Origin: a virus
Strand: one strand, 5' to 3'
IMG/VR virus record: IMGVR_UViG_3300032235_000467
Length of the DNA: 64,000 nt
Shown: positions 39,656 through 49,030 of the stretch, piece after piece
Layout: the number at the start of each line of letters is the position of its first letter
How positions within the stretch are numbered: position 1 is the stretch's first letter
Translations under genes and position numbers: made by a program
The notes under the pieces: model-generated
Seen by the model: only the letters and a program-made list of their open reading frames with translations
Told to the model about the DNA's origin: nothing
The model's database searches: none

Positions 39656-39980
39656 TGATACTGTAAAGTTGCATAAAGATGTAGCTAAAAAAGTAGCAAA
39701 AGATTTGGTTTATTTAGATGCTTTAAAATCTGAGAAGGTAATACTAGTAGAAAATATAGATAGTTTAAAGTCAATAAAAAACTATAAAGATTCTATTATA
39801 GTATACAAAGACAAACAAATAAACGATTATATAGGTATTATAAAGATACAGGAGGATAAAGAAAAAGTTTATACTAATAATATCTCTAGTTTAAAGATTG
39901 AATTAAAAAAGCAAAAACTTGCCAATAAAATTATTTATGGATTTTTAGCATTATCGGTAGGTCTTCTTATTGTGAAATAG
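39561..39980 (+). CDS. secreted coiled-coil protein with C-terminal TM (spanin partner candidate; start 39552 or 39561)
   Basis: Signal peptide MKYKYSLLIAMILISLSSFS|Q; coiled coil; IIYGFLALSVGLLIVK. Confidence 0.6.
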   Translation: MKYKYSLLIAMILISLSSFSQTDIKIHQVPNNDTVKLHKDVAKKVAKDLVYLDALKSEKVILVENIDSLKSIKNYKDSIIVYKDKQINDYIGIIKIQEDKEKVYTNNISSLKIELKKQKLANKIIYGFLALSVGLLIVK

Positions 39981-39981
39981 T

Positions 39982-41565
39982 ATGACCGATCAACAAAAGT
40001 CTATAAAAGAAATAATTAGGGAGGAGTACCTAAAGTGTGCATCAGACCCTGTGTACTTTCTAAAGAAGTTTGTATATATACAGACCAGTGAAGGTCGAAT
40101 GTTATTTAATCCATATGTATTCCAAGAAAAGTTATTATTCCTACTTAACAAGCACGACAGAACTCTTATCCTTAAGTCAAGACAGCTTGGTATTACTACT
40201 CTTACTGCTGCGTATGCTCTGTGGTTAATGATCTTTAAAAAAGATCAATCTATCTTAGCACTGGCTCCTACACAAGAAAAAGCTAGAAATATAGTAGATA
40301 AAGTAAGATTTGCTTATGATAATTTACCTAGTTGGATAAAAGTTCCTTCCGTAGAAGATAATAAGTTAACTCTTATATTAAATAATGGATCAAAGATAAA
40401 AGCAGCATCTGGAGCATCTGAGAGTGCTAGGGGATATACTGCTAATGTATTAGTGTTAGATGAGGCTGCTTTTATTGAAAATGCTGAAGACTTATGGGGA
40501 TCTGCACAACAAACCCTTGCTACTGGAGGTAGGGCTATTGTTTTATCAACTCCTAATGGAGTAGGTCAGTGGTTCCATCAACAGTGGGTAGGGGCAGAAT
40601 CTGAAGACAATAACTTTATACCTGTAAGATTACCTTGGAGCGTGCATCCAGGTAGAAATCAAAAATGGAGAGAAGATCAAGACAAGGAACTTGGTAAAAG
40701 AATGGCAGCACAGGAGTGTGATTGCAATTTCATATCTTCTGGAGATACATATTTTGAATCTGAGGACCTTGAATATTACACAGAAAGAACCAGAGAGCCT
40801 ATAGAACAAAGAGGGCCCCATAAAGATTATTGGATATGGGAATACCCAGATCCTAGCAGAAACTATATGGTTATTATAGACACTGCTAAAGGAGATGGAT
40901 CAGACTCGTCAGTGATCCAAGTTATAGATGTGTTTACTGGGTCTCAAGTAGCTGAGTATAGAGGAGATATGGACACTAAGAGCTTATCTAAATTTGCTGT
41001 AGCCATAGCTACTGAATATAACAGTGCTTTATTGATTGTAGAGAATACAGGACTAGGTCATGCTACTATGTCGGATGTACTAGAACTAAATTACAACAAC
41101 ATATACTACTCTCCCAAAGGAGATACACTAAATGTGTCACAGTATATCACCCAGATGTACGACTACGATACTAGTAAAATGACACCAGGATTTACTACAT
41201 CAACTAAGACTAGACCTGAAGTATTATTGTCATTTAAACAATATATACGAGATCACAGTATTTCTGTAAATTCTAGAAGATTAGTATCAGAAATGTCTAC
41301 CTTTGTGTGGAAGAATAGTAAGCCACAAGCTCAAACTGGGTACCATGATGATTGCGTAATGTCATATGCAATAGGAATGTTTCTAAGGGATAGTGCTATT
41401 CATTACAAAAATAGAGGAATAGACATGCAAAGGGCTTTGCTAAAAAATATATCTAAAGGATCTGGCTTTGCTCAAAACAGTTTACCAAATCAAGCACAGT
41501 TTGCTAATCCTTATAATATGAACGTAAACGGACAACAGGAAGACATTACCTGGTTAATACGTTAA
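39982..41565 (+). CDS. terL: terminase large subunit (gp17-like)
   Basis: LKSRQLGITT Walker A, VLVLDEAAF Walker B, LSTPNG, QECDCNF, IDTAKGDGSD, HDDCVM. Confidence 0.96.
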   Translation: MTDQQKSIKEIIREEYLKCASDPVYFLKKFVYIQTSEGRMLFNPYVFQEKLLFLLNKHDRTLILKSRQLGITTLTAAYALWLMIFKKDQSILALAPTQEKARNIVDKVRFAYDNLPSWIKVPSVEDNKLTLILNNGSKIKAASGASESARGYTANVLVLDEAAFIENAEDLWGSAQQTLATGGRAIVLSTPNGVGQWFHQQWVGAESEDNNFIPVRLPWSVHPGRNQKWREDQDKELGKRMAAQECDCNFISSGDTYFESEDLEYYTERTREPIEQRGPHKDYWIWEYPDPSRNYMVIIDTAKGDGSDSSVIQVIDVFTGSQVAEYRGDMDTKSLSKFAVAIATEYNSALLIVENTGLGHATMSDVLELNYNNIYYSPKGDTLNVSQYITQMYDYDTSKMTPGFTTSTKTRPEVLLSFKQYIRDHSISVNSRRLVSEMSTFVWKNSKPQAQTGYHDDCVMSYAIGMFLRDSAIHYKNRGIDMQRALLKNISKGSGFAQNSLPNQAQFANPYNMNVNGQQEDITWLIR

Positions 41566-41572
41566 TATTTGA

Positions 41573-41580
41573 TATTTATA
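41573..41580 (+). promoter_or_regulatory. putative late promoter TATTTATA
   Basis: Intergenic, before portal. Confidence 0.6.
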
Positions 41581-41608
41581 TATAATAAAATGATAAATTC
41601 TTAATAAT

Positions 41609-43465
41609 ATGCCTGTTGATAAGTCACTTTTTCCTCGTTTAAAACGTTTATTTTCCACTGACGTTGTCGTAAGAAATGTTGGAGGTAAGCAACTGCGTGT
41701 AATGGACGTGGAGAGGATCCAATCTTTTGGCCAACTACAGACTAATTCACTGGTAGATAGGTTCACAAGGCTCCATAAAGCAGGCCAAAGGATGCAGTTT
41801 AACCCCACGTTAAACTACCAAACTCTTAGGTTGCAATTATATGCTGATTATGAGGCTATGGACACAGACGGATTGGTAGCCTCTGTATTAGATATTATAT
41901 GTGAAGAAGCTACTTTGAAGGGAGATACTAATGAAGTCCTTAAGATTAGAAGTTCCAATGAGAATATACAGAAAATTCTATACAACCTGTTTTATCAGGT
42001 ATTGAATATAGAATTTAATCTACCTATGTGGATTAGATCAATGTGTAAATACGGGGACTTCTTTTTAAAACTGGATATTGCTGAAAAGTTTGGAGTATAT
42101 GGAGTACGACCATTGTCAGTTTATGACATGATCCGTGAAGAAGGGCAGGATCCTAATAACCCTTCTTACATTAAATTCATATATGATCCAGTAGCTGTAG
42201 CTGGTGGCACCACTGCTACTAAAAATAAAGAGTCTTTTGAGAACTTTGAGATAGCCCACTTTAGGCTATTAACTGATACAAACTATCTTCCTTTTGGTAG
42301 GTCTTATATAGAGCCTGCAAGAAAGTATTTTAAGCAATATACCCTTATGATGGATGCTATGCTTTTGCATAGAATTATGAGGGCTCCTGAGAAGCGTGTA
42401 TTCTACATCAACGTAGGTAACATACCTCCTAACGAGGTAAATGCGTTTGTGCAACAAACTATTAATGGAATGAAAAAAACTCCATTTGTAGATAATCAGA
42501 CAGGAGACTACAACCTGAAGTTCAACGTACAGAACATGATGGAGGATTTCTATATCCCTGTAAGACCTGGAGATAATACCACAAAGATAGACACTACAAA
42601 AGGTTTGGAGTATGCCGGTATAGAAGACGTTGAGTTCCTTAGAGATCTCATGCTGGGATCTATGAAGGTACCAAAATCCTTCCTGAACTACTCAGACGAA
42701 CTTAATGGTAAATCAACTATCAGTGCGCTGGATGTAAGGTTTAGCCGTACAGTAGAAAGAATACAAAGAATTATTATTAGCGAATTAGAAAAGATAGCAA
42801 TTGTACATCTATATGTTCAAGGGTTTGAAGATGCAGATCTTTTGAATTTTGCCTTAGAATTAAACAATCCTTCTATAATATATGAACAAGAGAAGATAGC
42901 CTTGTTGAAAGAGAAGGTAGATCTTGCTGGTAATATTATGGATAAAAAGCTATTCTCATCCGATTGGATTGGAGATAAGATATTCCAAATGTCAGAAGAT
43001 CAGATTAACGAACAAAGGGATCTTATTGCTGAAGACGTTAAGAGAACATTTAGGTATAACCAGATTGAGAACGAAGGAAATGATCCATCAATATCTGGAG
43101 AATCATATGGTACTCCTCATGATCTTGCATCCGTATATTCAGACGGAGGTAAGGAAGATCCTAATTTGGACGTACCAGATCCATACAATGAGTTTGAAAA
43201 GACTCCTGTCGGAAGACCAAAAGAGAAAGCGTCTATTTACAAGACAGATAAGTCAGCTTTTGGTAGGGATCCTATGGGTTCTAAGGGAATGAAACCGAGC
43301 ACTCCTCTGGATAAAACTAGAGTAGATAAGGTTAAACCATTTGCGATGGAATCGGCTCTAAAAGGTCTGGAAGGTAAGAGGAAAAAGAAAATTGTTCTGT
43401 ATGAACAAAAAGATCAAGAATCTGGACTTTTAGATGAAAGTAACCTTATTAATCACGATATTTAG
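41609..43465 (+). CDS. portal protein (gp20-like)
   Basis: MDAMLLHRIMRAPEKRVFYINVGNIP, MMEDFYIPVR, IEDVEF, DVRFSRTVERIQ. Confidence 0.95.
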   Translation: MPVDKSLFPRLKRLFSTDVVVRNVGGKQLRVMDVERIQSFGQLQTNSLVDRFTRLHKAGQRMQFNPTLNYQTLRLQLYADYEAMDTDGLVASVLDIICEEATLKGDTNEVLKIRSSNENIQKILYNLFYQVLNIEFNLPMWIRSMCKYGDFFLKLDIAEKFGVYGVRPLSVYDMIREEGQDPNNPSYIKFIYDPVAVAGGTTATKNKESFENFEIAHFRLLTDTNYLPFGRSYIEPARKYFKQYTLMMDAMLLHRIMRAPEKRVFYINVGNIPPNEVNAFVQQTINGMKKTPFVDNQTGDYNLKFNVQNMMEDFYIPVRPGDNTTKIDTTKGLEYAGIEDVEFLRDLMLGSMKVPKSFLNYSDELNGKSTISALDVRFSRTVERIQRIIISELEKIAIVHLYVQGFEDADLLNFALELNNPSIIYEQEKIALLKEKVDLAGNIMDKKLFSSDWIGDKIFQMSEDQINEQRDLIAEDVKRTFRYNQIENEGNDPSISGESYGTPHDLASVYSDGGKEDPNLDVPDPYNEFEKTPVGRPKEKASIYKTDKSAFGRDPMGSKGMKPSTPLDKTRVDKVKPFAMESALKGLEGKRKKKIVLYEQKDQESGLLDESNLINHDI

Positions 43466-43468
43466 TCA

Positions 43469-43476
43469 TATTTATA
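43469..43476 (+). promoter_or_regulatory. putative late promoter TATTTATA
   Basis: 15 nt before ATG 43492. Confidence 0.6.
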
Positions 43477-43491
43477 GAAGATCAATATACA

Positions 43492-44334
43492 ATGAAGCTT
43501 AAACATAATAAACTTCGGAATACCGGCCTTTTATTTGAATTGCTTGTTAGGCAAATCACTAGTGATACGCTTAATAACAGGGAATCCAAAGCTGTGGATA
43601 TTCTGAAAAACAACTTTAACAATAATGCTATTGCTAAAGAATATAAGATATACAAGGCCTTATTGACAAATAAGAACCTATCTGAAGCCAAGGCTAATAT
43701 TGTCATTGAATCCGCTATAGAAGCGCATAAGAAGCTGAATAAGAGCCTCCTAAGTAGCCAGAAGTATAAGTTAATATCTCAGATTAAAGAGAACTACGAC
43801 ATAGAAGAGTTTTTTAAATCTAAGATTGATAACTATAAGACATTAGCATCTGTGTATATGCTGTTTGAGATGTACCAATCTGACAGTATTGACCCTCAAA
43901 ATGAGGTTAAATTTAAGTTTTCCATTATGGAAGACATTTGTGCTGGCATAAGAGAGGCTAAAAAAGACCCTGTATTGGAAGAATATGAGTCTTTTGATAA
44001 AGGAACTAAGGCTTTGGTATACAAATTGATGGTACAGAAGTTTAACGAGAAGTACAGCGAATTTAATACGAACCAAAAAAGACTGTTAAAAGAGTATATA
44101 AACAGCATAACAACTCCTGAGACTTTTAAGGAGTACGTAAACGAAGAGTTAGAAAAACTCAAAACAAAACTGACTACTTTATCTAAAAAAGTAAATGATG
44201 AAGTAAGAAAGATAAAAATACAAGAAGTTATAAATATAATTAAGCCGGTATCTCAGCATAAACAAGTTTGTGATTTGGATTTAGAAAACCTCCTCCACTA
44301 CTACGAACTGGAAAAAGAATTAGAAAATGTCTAA
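43492..44334 (+). CDS. hypothetical head-module protein (possible prohead core component)
   Basis: Helical; lies between portal and protease. Confidence 0.7.
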   Translation: MKLKHNKLRNTGLLFELLVRQITSDTLNNRESKAVDILKNNFNNNAIAKEYKIYKALLTNKNLSEAKANIVIESAIEAHKKLNKSLLSSQKYKLISQIKENYDIEEFFKSKIDNYKTLASVYMLFEMYQSDSIDPQNEVKFKFSIMEDICAGIREAKKDPVLEEYESFDKGTKALVYKLMVQKFNEKYSEFNTNQKRLLKEYINSITTPETFKEYVNEELEKLKTKLTTLSKKVNDEVRKIKIQEVINIIKPVSQHKQVCDLDLENLLHYYELEKELENV

Positions 44335-44560
44335 GAAGACTGTAAAAGAGATGTCCTCTACAGGAGGAGGAGCTCCTGCAGCTGATCAAGGACATGCTAA
44401 TCCAGGAGAAGGTGAAGGAATGGCTATGAAGTACGGATTTGGAGGTGCTGGTGGAACAAAAGCTAAAAGAAAAAAAGGAATAATAAAGAAAAAGTTTGCT
44501 GAGTCTAAAGACATTGACTTGGCTTTAGAGTATAAAAGACTATTTAAAAAGGAACTATAA
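44327..44560 (+). CDS. small Gly/Lys-rich protein
   Basis: Overlap-coupled on both sides; VKE|M leader. Confidence 0.65.
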   Translation: MSKKTVKEMSSTGGGAPAADQGHANPGEGEGMAMKYGFGGAGGTKAKRKKGIIKKKFAESKDIDLALEYKRLFKKEL

Positions 44561-45114
44561 TGACAACACAGCAATTATACCACAAAGTATTGAATGAGCA
44601 AATGACTGAATCAGAATTTCTTTGGCACGTTAGGAGAAACCCTGTGTACAATGAGATGTTGACTAATACTATGTCATACAAAGATACTGTATCCAAATTG
44701 AAAGGAAGAGGACATATATCTGACCCAAATCCTAAATCAGAAATAAAGACTGGGTATAACTTCTTTAGCACATTCAAAGCACTGCAAGAGTCTCTTACTG
44801 AAGGTAAGAAGCAAAAACTTAAAGGCGGAAAAGGCGACAAGCTTACCGCTGATCAAGTTAATTATTACGAGTTTACCAAAGGATGGAAGCATGAGCTTGA
44901 ACATACTGATGACATTGATAAAGCAAAAGAAATTGCTATAGATCATCTTGCTGAAGATCCAAACTATTATACCCGCCTTGAAATGATTGAGTTTAAAGCG
45001 AAGAAAAAAAATCGTACTGATCTTCCTATTGAACTTAAAAAAAGTAATTTCAAAGATCCGGGAAATCAAATGAAAAACGTCCCAAAGAAAAAATCTCCTA
45101 AAAAAGACAAATAA
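44560..45114 (+). CDS. hypothetical protein with DUF5661-like domain
   Basis: GWKHELEHTDDIDKAKEIAIDHLAEDPNYYTRL following SLTEG. Confidence 0.65.
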   Translation: MTTQQLYHKVLNEQMTESEFLWHVRRNPVYNEMLTNTMSYKDTVSKLKGRGHISDPNPKSEIKTGYNFFSTFKALQESLTEGKKQKLKGGKGDKLTADQVNYYEFTKGWKHELEHTDDIDKAKEIAIDHLAEDPNYYTRLEMIEFKAKKKNRTDLPIELKKSNFKDPGNQMKNVPKKKSPKKDK

Positions 45115-45116
45115 AA

Positions 45117-48100
45117 ATGAGTCTTTACACAGAAATATATAATTTTTTTAATGAAGCACGTCCTAGTGGAACACGGACTGTTAATAAGGATGTTGAGGAT
45201 ATTGTAAAAGGAAGGTATGTTATGAAGGGAGAAGATCCCAAAGATGTAAGTAACATAGATAGTCCTAGAAGAGCCCAAAGAACTGCTCCTGCCAAACAAA
45301 ACGTAGCACAACTACCTACAGATAAACAAGGCAGGTCGTCTTTTGAAAAAGGTAAAGTACACGAAATTATCTTTAAAAATAAATTTAGAGGGCAAGCAAG
45401 AAAGTTTTTTACATTATATAGAAAAATATCAGAGGAAGACTATAAGAAAATAAGTAGAGAATTTGATATAAGTCCAAAAATATTCCCTTCTGACAAGGAA
45501 GAACATTTTGAAGACATATACTACCTTACCCCAGAAATGGGAATAAGTATTGAAAAAGAAGGTTTTTTTCCTTTAAGTAAAAAACAGCTAAAAGACGTAC
45601 AAGATAACTATCCAGAGTATGCAACAGACTTAAAACCTGTGTCTATGGAGGATGTGTTAAAAGGAGTAAATCTTAGATATTATTCCATTGATGAAATAAA
45701 AAAACAATGGGATATTAAAAAATCATATAGAGAAAAAAGAAAAGAAAAAGGTGATGAAAAATCACAAAAAGATGTAGAAAAAGATGAAAAAGTAAAAGAC
45801 GAAATAGGATCATTTTTAGCTAATAATGATGGTATTATAGCAAATATGATAAGCTCATTTAATAAAATGAGAGCTATAGGGGCAAAAAAAGATGCCATAG
45901 AGGAATACAAAGGGTTTTTAGATAAATTAGCTGATAGATTTGTAGAAAGGATTAGAAAAGAAAAAGTACCTGTACAAAATGGTGTATTTCAAAGATTAGG
46001 TGAAAAGCTAAAAGATAAACCACAAGTTTATGATATTATAAGAGATAAGTACGATGGAAAAACTTCTGCTGTAGCTCCTGGAACTAAAAAAGATAAGGTT
46101 GAACCAACAACTCAAAAAGACAAGAAAGATCCTTCTGCAAAAGAAAAACCTGAAAAAGGAGGAGCTTTAAGTGCCGAAGCTAAAGCAAAAAAATATATGC
46201 TAGATGGTACACATCAGTTTACCATAAACAATTTTATAAAAGCGTATGCCGCATCAGAAGAAAGGGATGAAAAAGGGGTGTATGTGAATGATAGAGAAGA
46301 GAGGCAATACCAAAGAAATAAAATGTTTGAGTTTATCCCAAAAATTATAAAACAAATATCTGATTATAGTGAGGCAGATGATGTGAGAGAGGAAATAATT
46401 AATAGCATAAAAGACAGGGTAGTGGCTATAGTAGGAAAAGGACCAGAGAGTGAGGAGTTAAATAATATATTAAGTAAAGCATACGATAATATGAAAAAGA
46501 AACAGGTAAAAGAAGCAAATATAACAGAAGCATCAAAAAAATATCTTGTAAAAACAAAACCAGGAAGTAGAGCTGATTCTGTTTATAAAAAAGACAAGAA
46601 AGATCAAAACAAAGATGCCGAAGGTAAGCCTATTCCTGGAGAATATATAGTTAATTTAGATGATGATCAAATACCAAAATTAAATGCCAAAGGCATGAAA
46701 GATATGGGTGTCATATCAACAAATCCATATGTACCAGAACCAAAAACAGCAACTGAAAAAACTCCGGACGAAATGTCTTATAAAGTTTCTACAAAGGTAG
46801 GAACCGGAAGAGAACAAGACGGGAACATGACAGGAAAAAATATAGTTAAATATTTAAAAACAAATCCAGAATATAGTAATATATCTTTTAAAGACTTAAA
46901 AGAAAAAGAGCCTTACAAAATAAAAGGAAAAGAAGGACAAGATATTGTTATTACTATAAAAAGTTTAACTCCTTTTGCACAATTTGGAAAAAGAACTGTT
47001 TTTGGTACAAAAGATACAAAAGAAGACGAACCAGAAACTAGAAAAGTAAGCGTTAGGATTCCATACCAAACTCCACAGACAATAACATATGCTGTAAATA
47101 AAGGAGTTAAAATGGCTAAACAAAATACTTCTGGACTTTCCTTAAAGTATTATGTAGTAAATACTGAAAAGAAAGAGATAGTAAAAGGGTTTGATAACTG
47201 GGGGGAGGCAAAAAAAGCAGCCCAAAGTATGGGACCTAAGTTTAAAGCTATGCAAAGAGGAGAAATTACTTCAGCAGGTATAAACGAAGCACTCTCTAAA
47301 GAAGACATAGCTAAATTAAAAAGTACTAGAGTGTCTTTTACTATCCAAAGTGATTTAGATCCAAATAAACAATTTAATATATCAGACAACGTAAGAGAAG
47401 TAAAAGAAGAAGAAGGAAAAGTAGTATTAGTTCTTTCTGAAGCCGGTGTTGTAACTTTTGATAAAGAAGGAACTGGTGTATTTAAATACAGTAAAGACAA
47501 TAAAGAGTATCAAGCTCTTAATGTACCATCTGATTTAAATTCTATAGTTAAAAAAGCTTTAGCTCCAAAAGAAGACAAAAAAGAACCTGAGTCTCAATTA
47601 GAAGCCTACATACGTAAACGTATCCGTCAAGCTATTAAAGAAGCAGAAGTAAGTCAGTATTGGGGATACCAAGGTAAAGATGTAAAAAAAAAGCGTCTTG
47701 AAGAGTATCTAAAGAGGTATGAGTGGGGATTCCAAGATAGTGAAAACCCTTATACACACTCTAACGGAAGCGCTATACATGCTATAGTTTCTAAACTTGT
47801 ACATGAATTAGCAGCAATGGGCGTAGACGCAATAGCAATATTCAATTCCTACGCACCTAAAGGATACCAAGTATCAGATCTAAATCAATTAGATTATGCT
47901 TCTGACTCTCCATTAGGGTCTCAGCTTACTCAGCCATATAACCCAGACTCTTTAACTGCTAGAGGCGGTAGGATAGCTGAGGCTAACGAAAAAGAAATAG
48001 ACTCTATGTTTGCTGACAATGTCCCAATGGACCAGCAGCTTAAAAATGCTGAAGAGTTAGCTACTGATTACATGAGAGATAGAACATTGTCTCAAGGAAT

Positions 48101-48257
48101 ACAAAAAAATCCTAATTTAGGTCACGTAGAAAAAACAATAGTAAAGTTTATACAAAAAGCCTCAGAAGAAGGAACTAGAAAAGATATAGATCCTAAAAGT
48201 AAAATACTACAAGCACTACGGGTAATATCCGATAGACAAATGAACAAATATAGATAA
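45117..48257 (+). CDS. large Lys/Glu-rich modular protein (putative head-internal polyprotein)
   Basis: 1046 aa; repeated [FIV]-x-E|A sites; directly upstream of the prohead protease. Confidence 0.75.
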   Translation: MSLYTEIYNFFNEARPSGTRTVNKDVEDIVKGRYVMKGEDPKDVSNIDSPRRAQRTAPAKQNVAQLPTDKQGRSSFEKGKVHEIIFKNKFRGQARKFFTLYRKISEEDYKKISREFDISPKIFPSDKEEHFEDIYYLTPEMGISIEKEGFFPLSKKQLKDVQDNYPEYATDLKPVSMEDVLKGVNLRYYSIDEIKKQWDIKKSYREKRKEKGDEKSQKDVEKDEKVKDEIGSFLANNDGIIANMISSFNKMRAIGAKKDAIEEYKGFLDKLADRFVERIRKEKVPVQNGVFQRLGEKLKDKPQVYDIIRDKYDGKTSAVAPGTKKDKVEPTTQKDKKDPSAKEKPEKGGALSAEAKAKKYMLDGTHQFTINNFIKAYAASEERDEKGVYVNDREERQYQRNKMFEFIPKIIKQISDYSEADDVREEIINSIKDRVVAIVGKGPESEELNNILSKAYDNMKKKQVKEANITEASKKYLVKTKPGSRADSVYKKDKKDQNKDAEGKPIPGEYIVNLDDDQIPKLNAKGMKDMGVISTNPYVPEPKTATEKTPDEMSYKVSTKVGTGREQDGNMTGKNIVKYLKTNPEYSNISFKDLKEKEPYKIKGKEGQDIVITIKSLTPFAQFGKRTVFGTKDTKEDEPETRKVSVRIPYQTPQTITYAVNKGVKMAKQNTSGLSLKYYVVNTEKKEIVKGFDNWGEAKKAAQSMGPKFKAMQRGEITSAGINEALSKEDIAKLKSTRVSFTIQSDLDPNKQFNISDNVREVKEEEGKVVLVLSEAGVVTFDKEGTGVFKYSKDNKEYQALNVPSDLNSIVKKALAPKEDKKEPESQLEAYIRKRIRQAIKEAEVSQYWGYQGKDVKKKRLEEYLKRYEWGFQDSENPYTHSNGSAIHAIVSKLVHELAAMGVDAIAIFNSYAPKGYQVSDLNQLDYASDSPLGSQLTQPYNPDSLTARGGRIAEANEKEIDSMFADNVPMDQQLKNAEELATDYMRDRTLSQGIQKNPNLGHVEKTIVKFIQKASEEGTRKDIDPKSKILQALRVISDRQMNKYR

Positions 48258-48268
48258 TTATAAATAAC

Positions 48269-48877
48269 ATGCAAGTACTTACAGAATACCATCAGATACA
48301 ACTACCAAACCAGCTCCTAGAAGCATATCAGCCAGGTAAACCTATGATAATCCCAGGAGTGGTTATACAGCGTTCTAATGCTAAGAACAGGAACGGTAGA
48401 GTATACCCTGCAGACGTATTGAAAAGGGAGATAGATAAGTACAATGATACTATGGTTAAGACCAATCGTGCTTTAGGAGAACTAGATCACAGTGATTCTA
48501 ACGTAGTTAATCTAAAGAATGTATCACACAATATAAAGAAGATATACTGGAAAGGAGATGATGTATGTGGAGATATTGAAATACTTGATGGGGATGAGTT
48601 CCCAGCAGGCCGTATAGCCGCAGGATTGCTTCGTAGAGGCATTCCAGTAGGAATTAGCTCAAGAGGTATGGGTAGTGTACACGAGGGAAATGATGGTACT
48701 GTTACTGTTAATGACGATTTTAACCTTCTTACGTTTGATTTAGTATCCTTTGAGTCAACTCAAGGAGCTAATTTAAGTCTAAAAGAAGGGTATGAAGCAG
48801 CTAAAGCTTCTTATAATAATATTGATCGTATAGTTAAAGATTTAATTTGCAACAATACTGGCGTCTGCCATTGCTAA
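48269..48877 (+). CDS. prohead core protease (gp21-like)
   Basis: KNRNGRVYP, ALGELDH, VSHNI, VGISSRGMGS, FDLVS. Confidence 0.95.
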   Translation: MQVLTEYHQIQLPNQLLEAYQPGKPMIIPGVVIQRSNAKNRNGRVYPADVLKREIDKYNDTMVKTNRALGELDHSDSNVVNLKNVSHNIKKIYWKGDDVCGDIEILDGDEFPAGRIAAGLLRRGIPVGISSRGMGSVHEGNDGTVTVNDDFNLLTFDLVSFESTQGANLSLKEGYEAAKASYNNIDRIVKDLICNNTGVCHC

Positions 48878-48920
48878 TTAAAAAATATTTACAAAAAGAT
48901 TGGTTTTTATAATTTCTATA

Positions 48921-48928
48921 TATTTATT
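48921..48928 (+). promoter_or_regulatory. putative late promoter TATTTATT for scaffold-capsid operon
   Basis: Motif variant in the only long intergenic gap of the head module. Confidence 0.55.
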
Positions 48929-49030
48929 ATAGAAATATTCGCCTAATACTCTTTTTTTTATAAAGAGTTGAAATATAACAATTCTATTGCACCTCTAATA
49001 GGCGTAAATCCAAAAAAAAATTTTAAGGAA

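Noticed and set aside
39982-43465. Introns or inteins in terminase/portal
   Set aside because: Lengths and motif spacing are normal; no intein boundaries seen
31465-48937. N4-like hairpin promoters as a general rule
   Set aside because: Only two of 19 late motifs (31471, 48921) sit in clear inverted repeats; chance in AT-rich DNA is plausible
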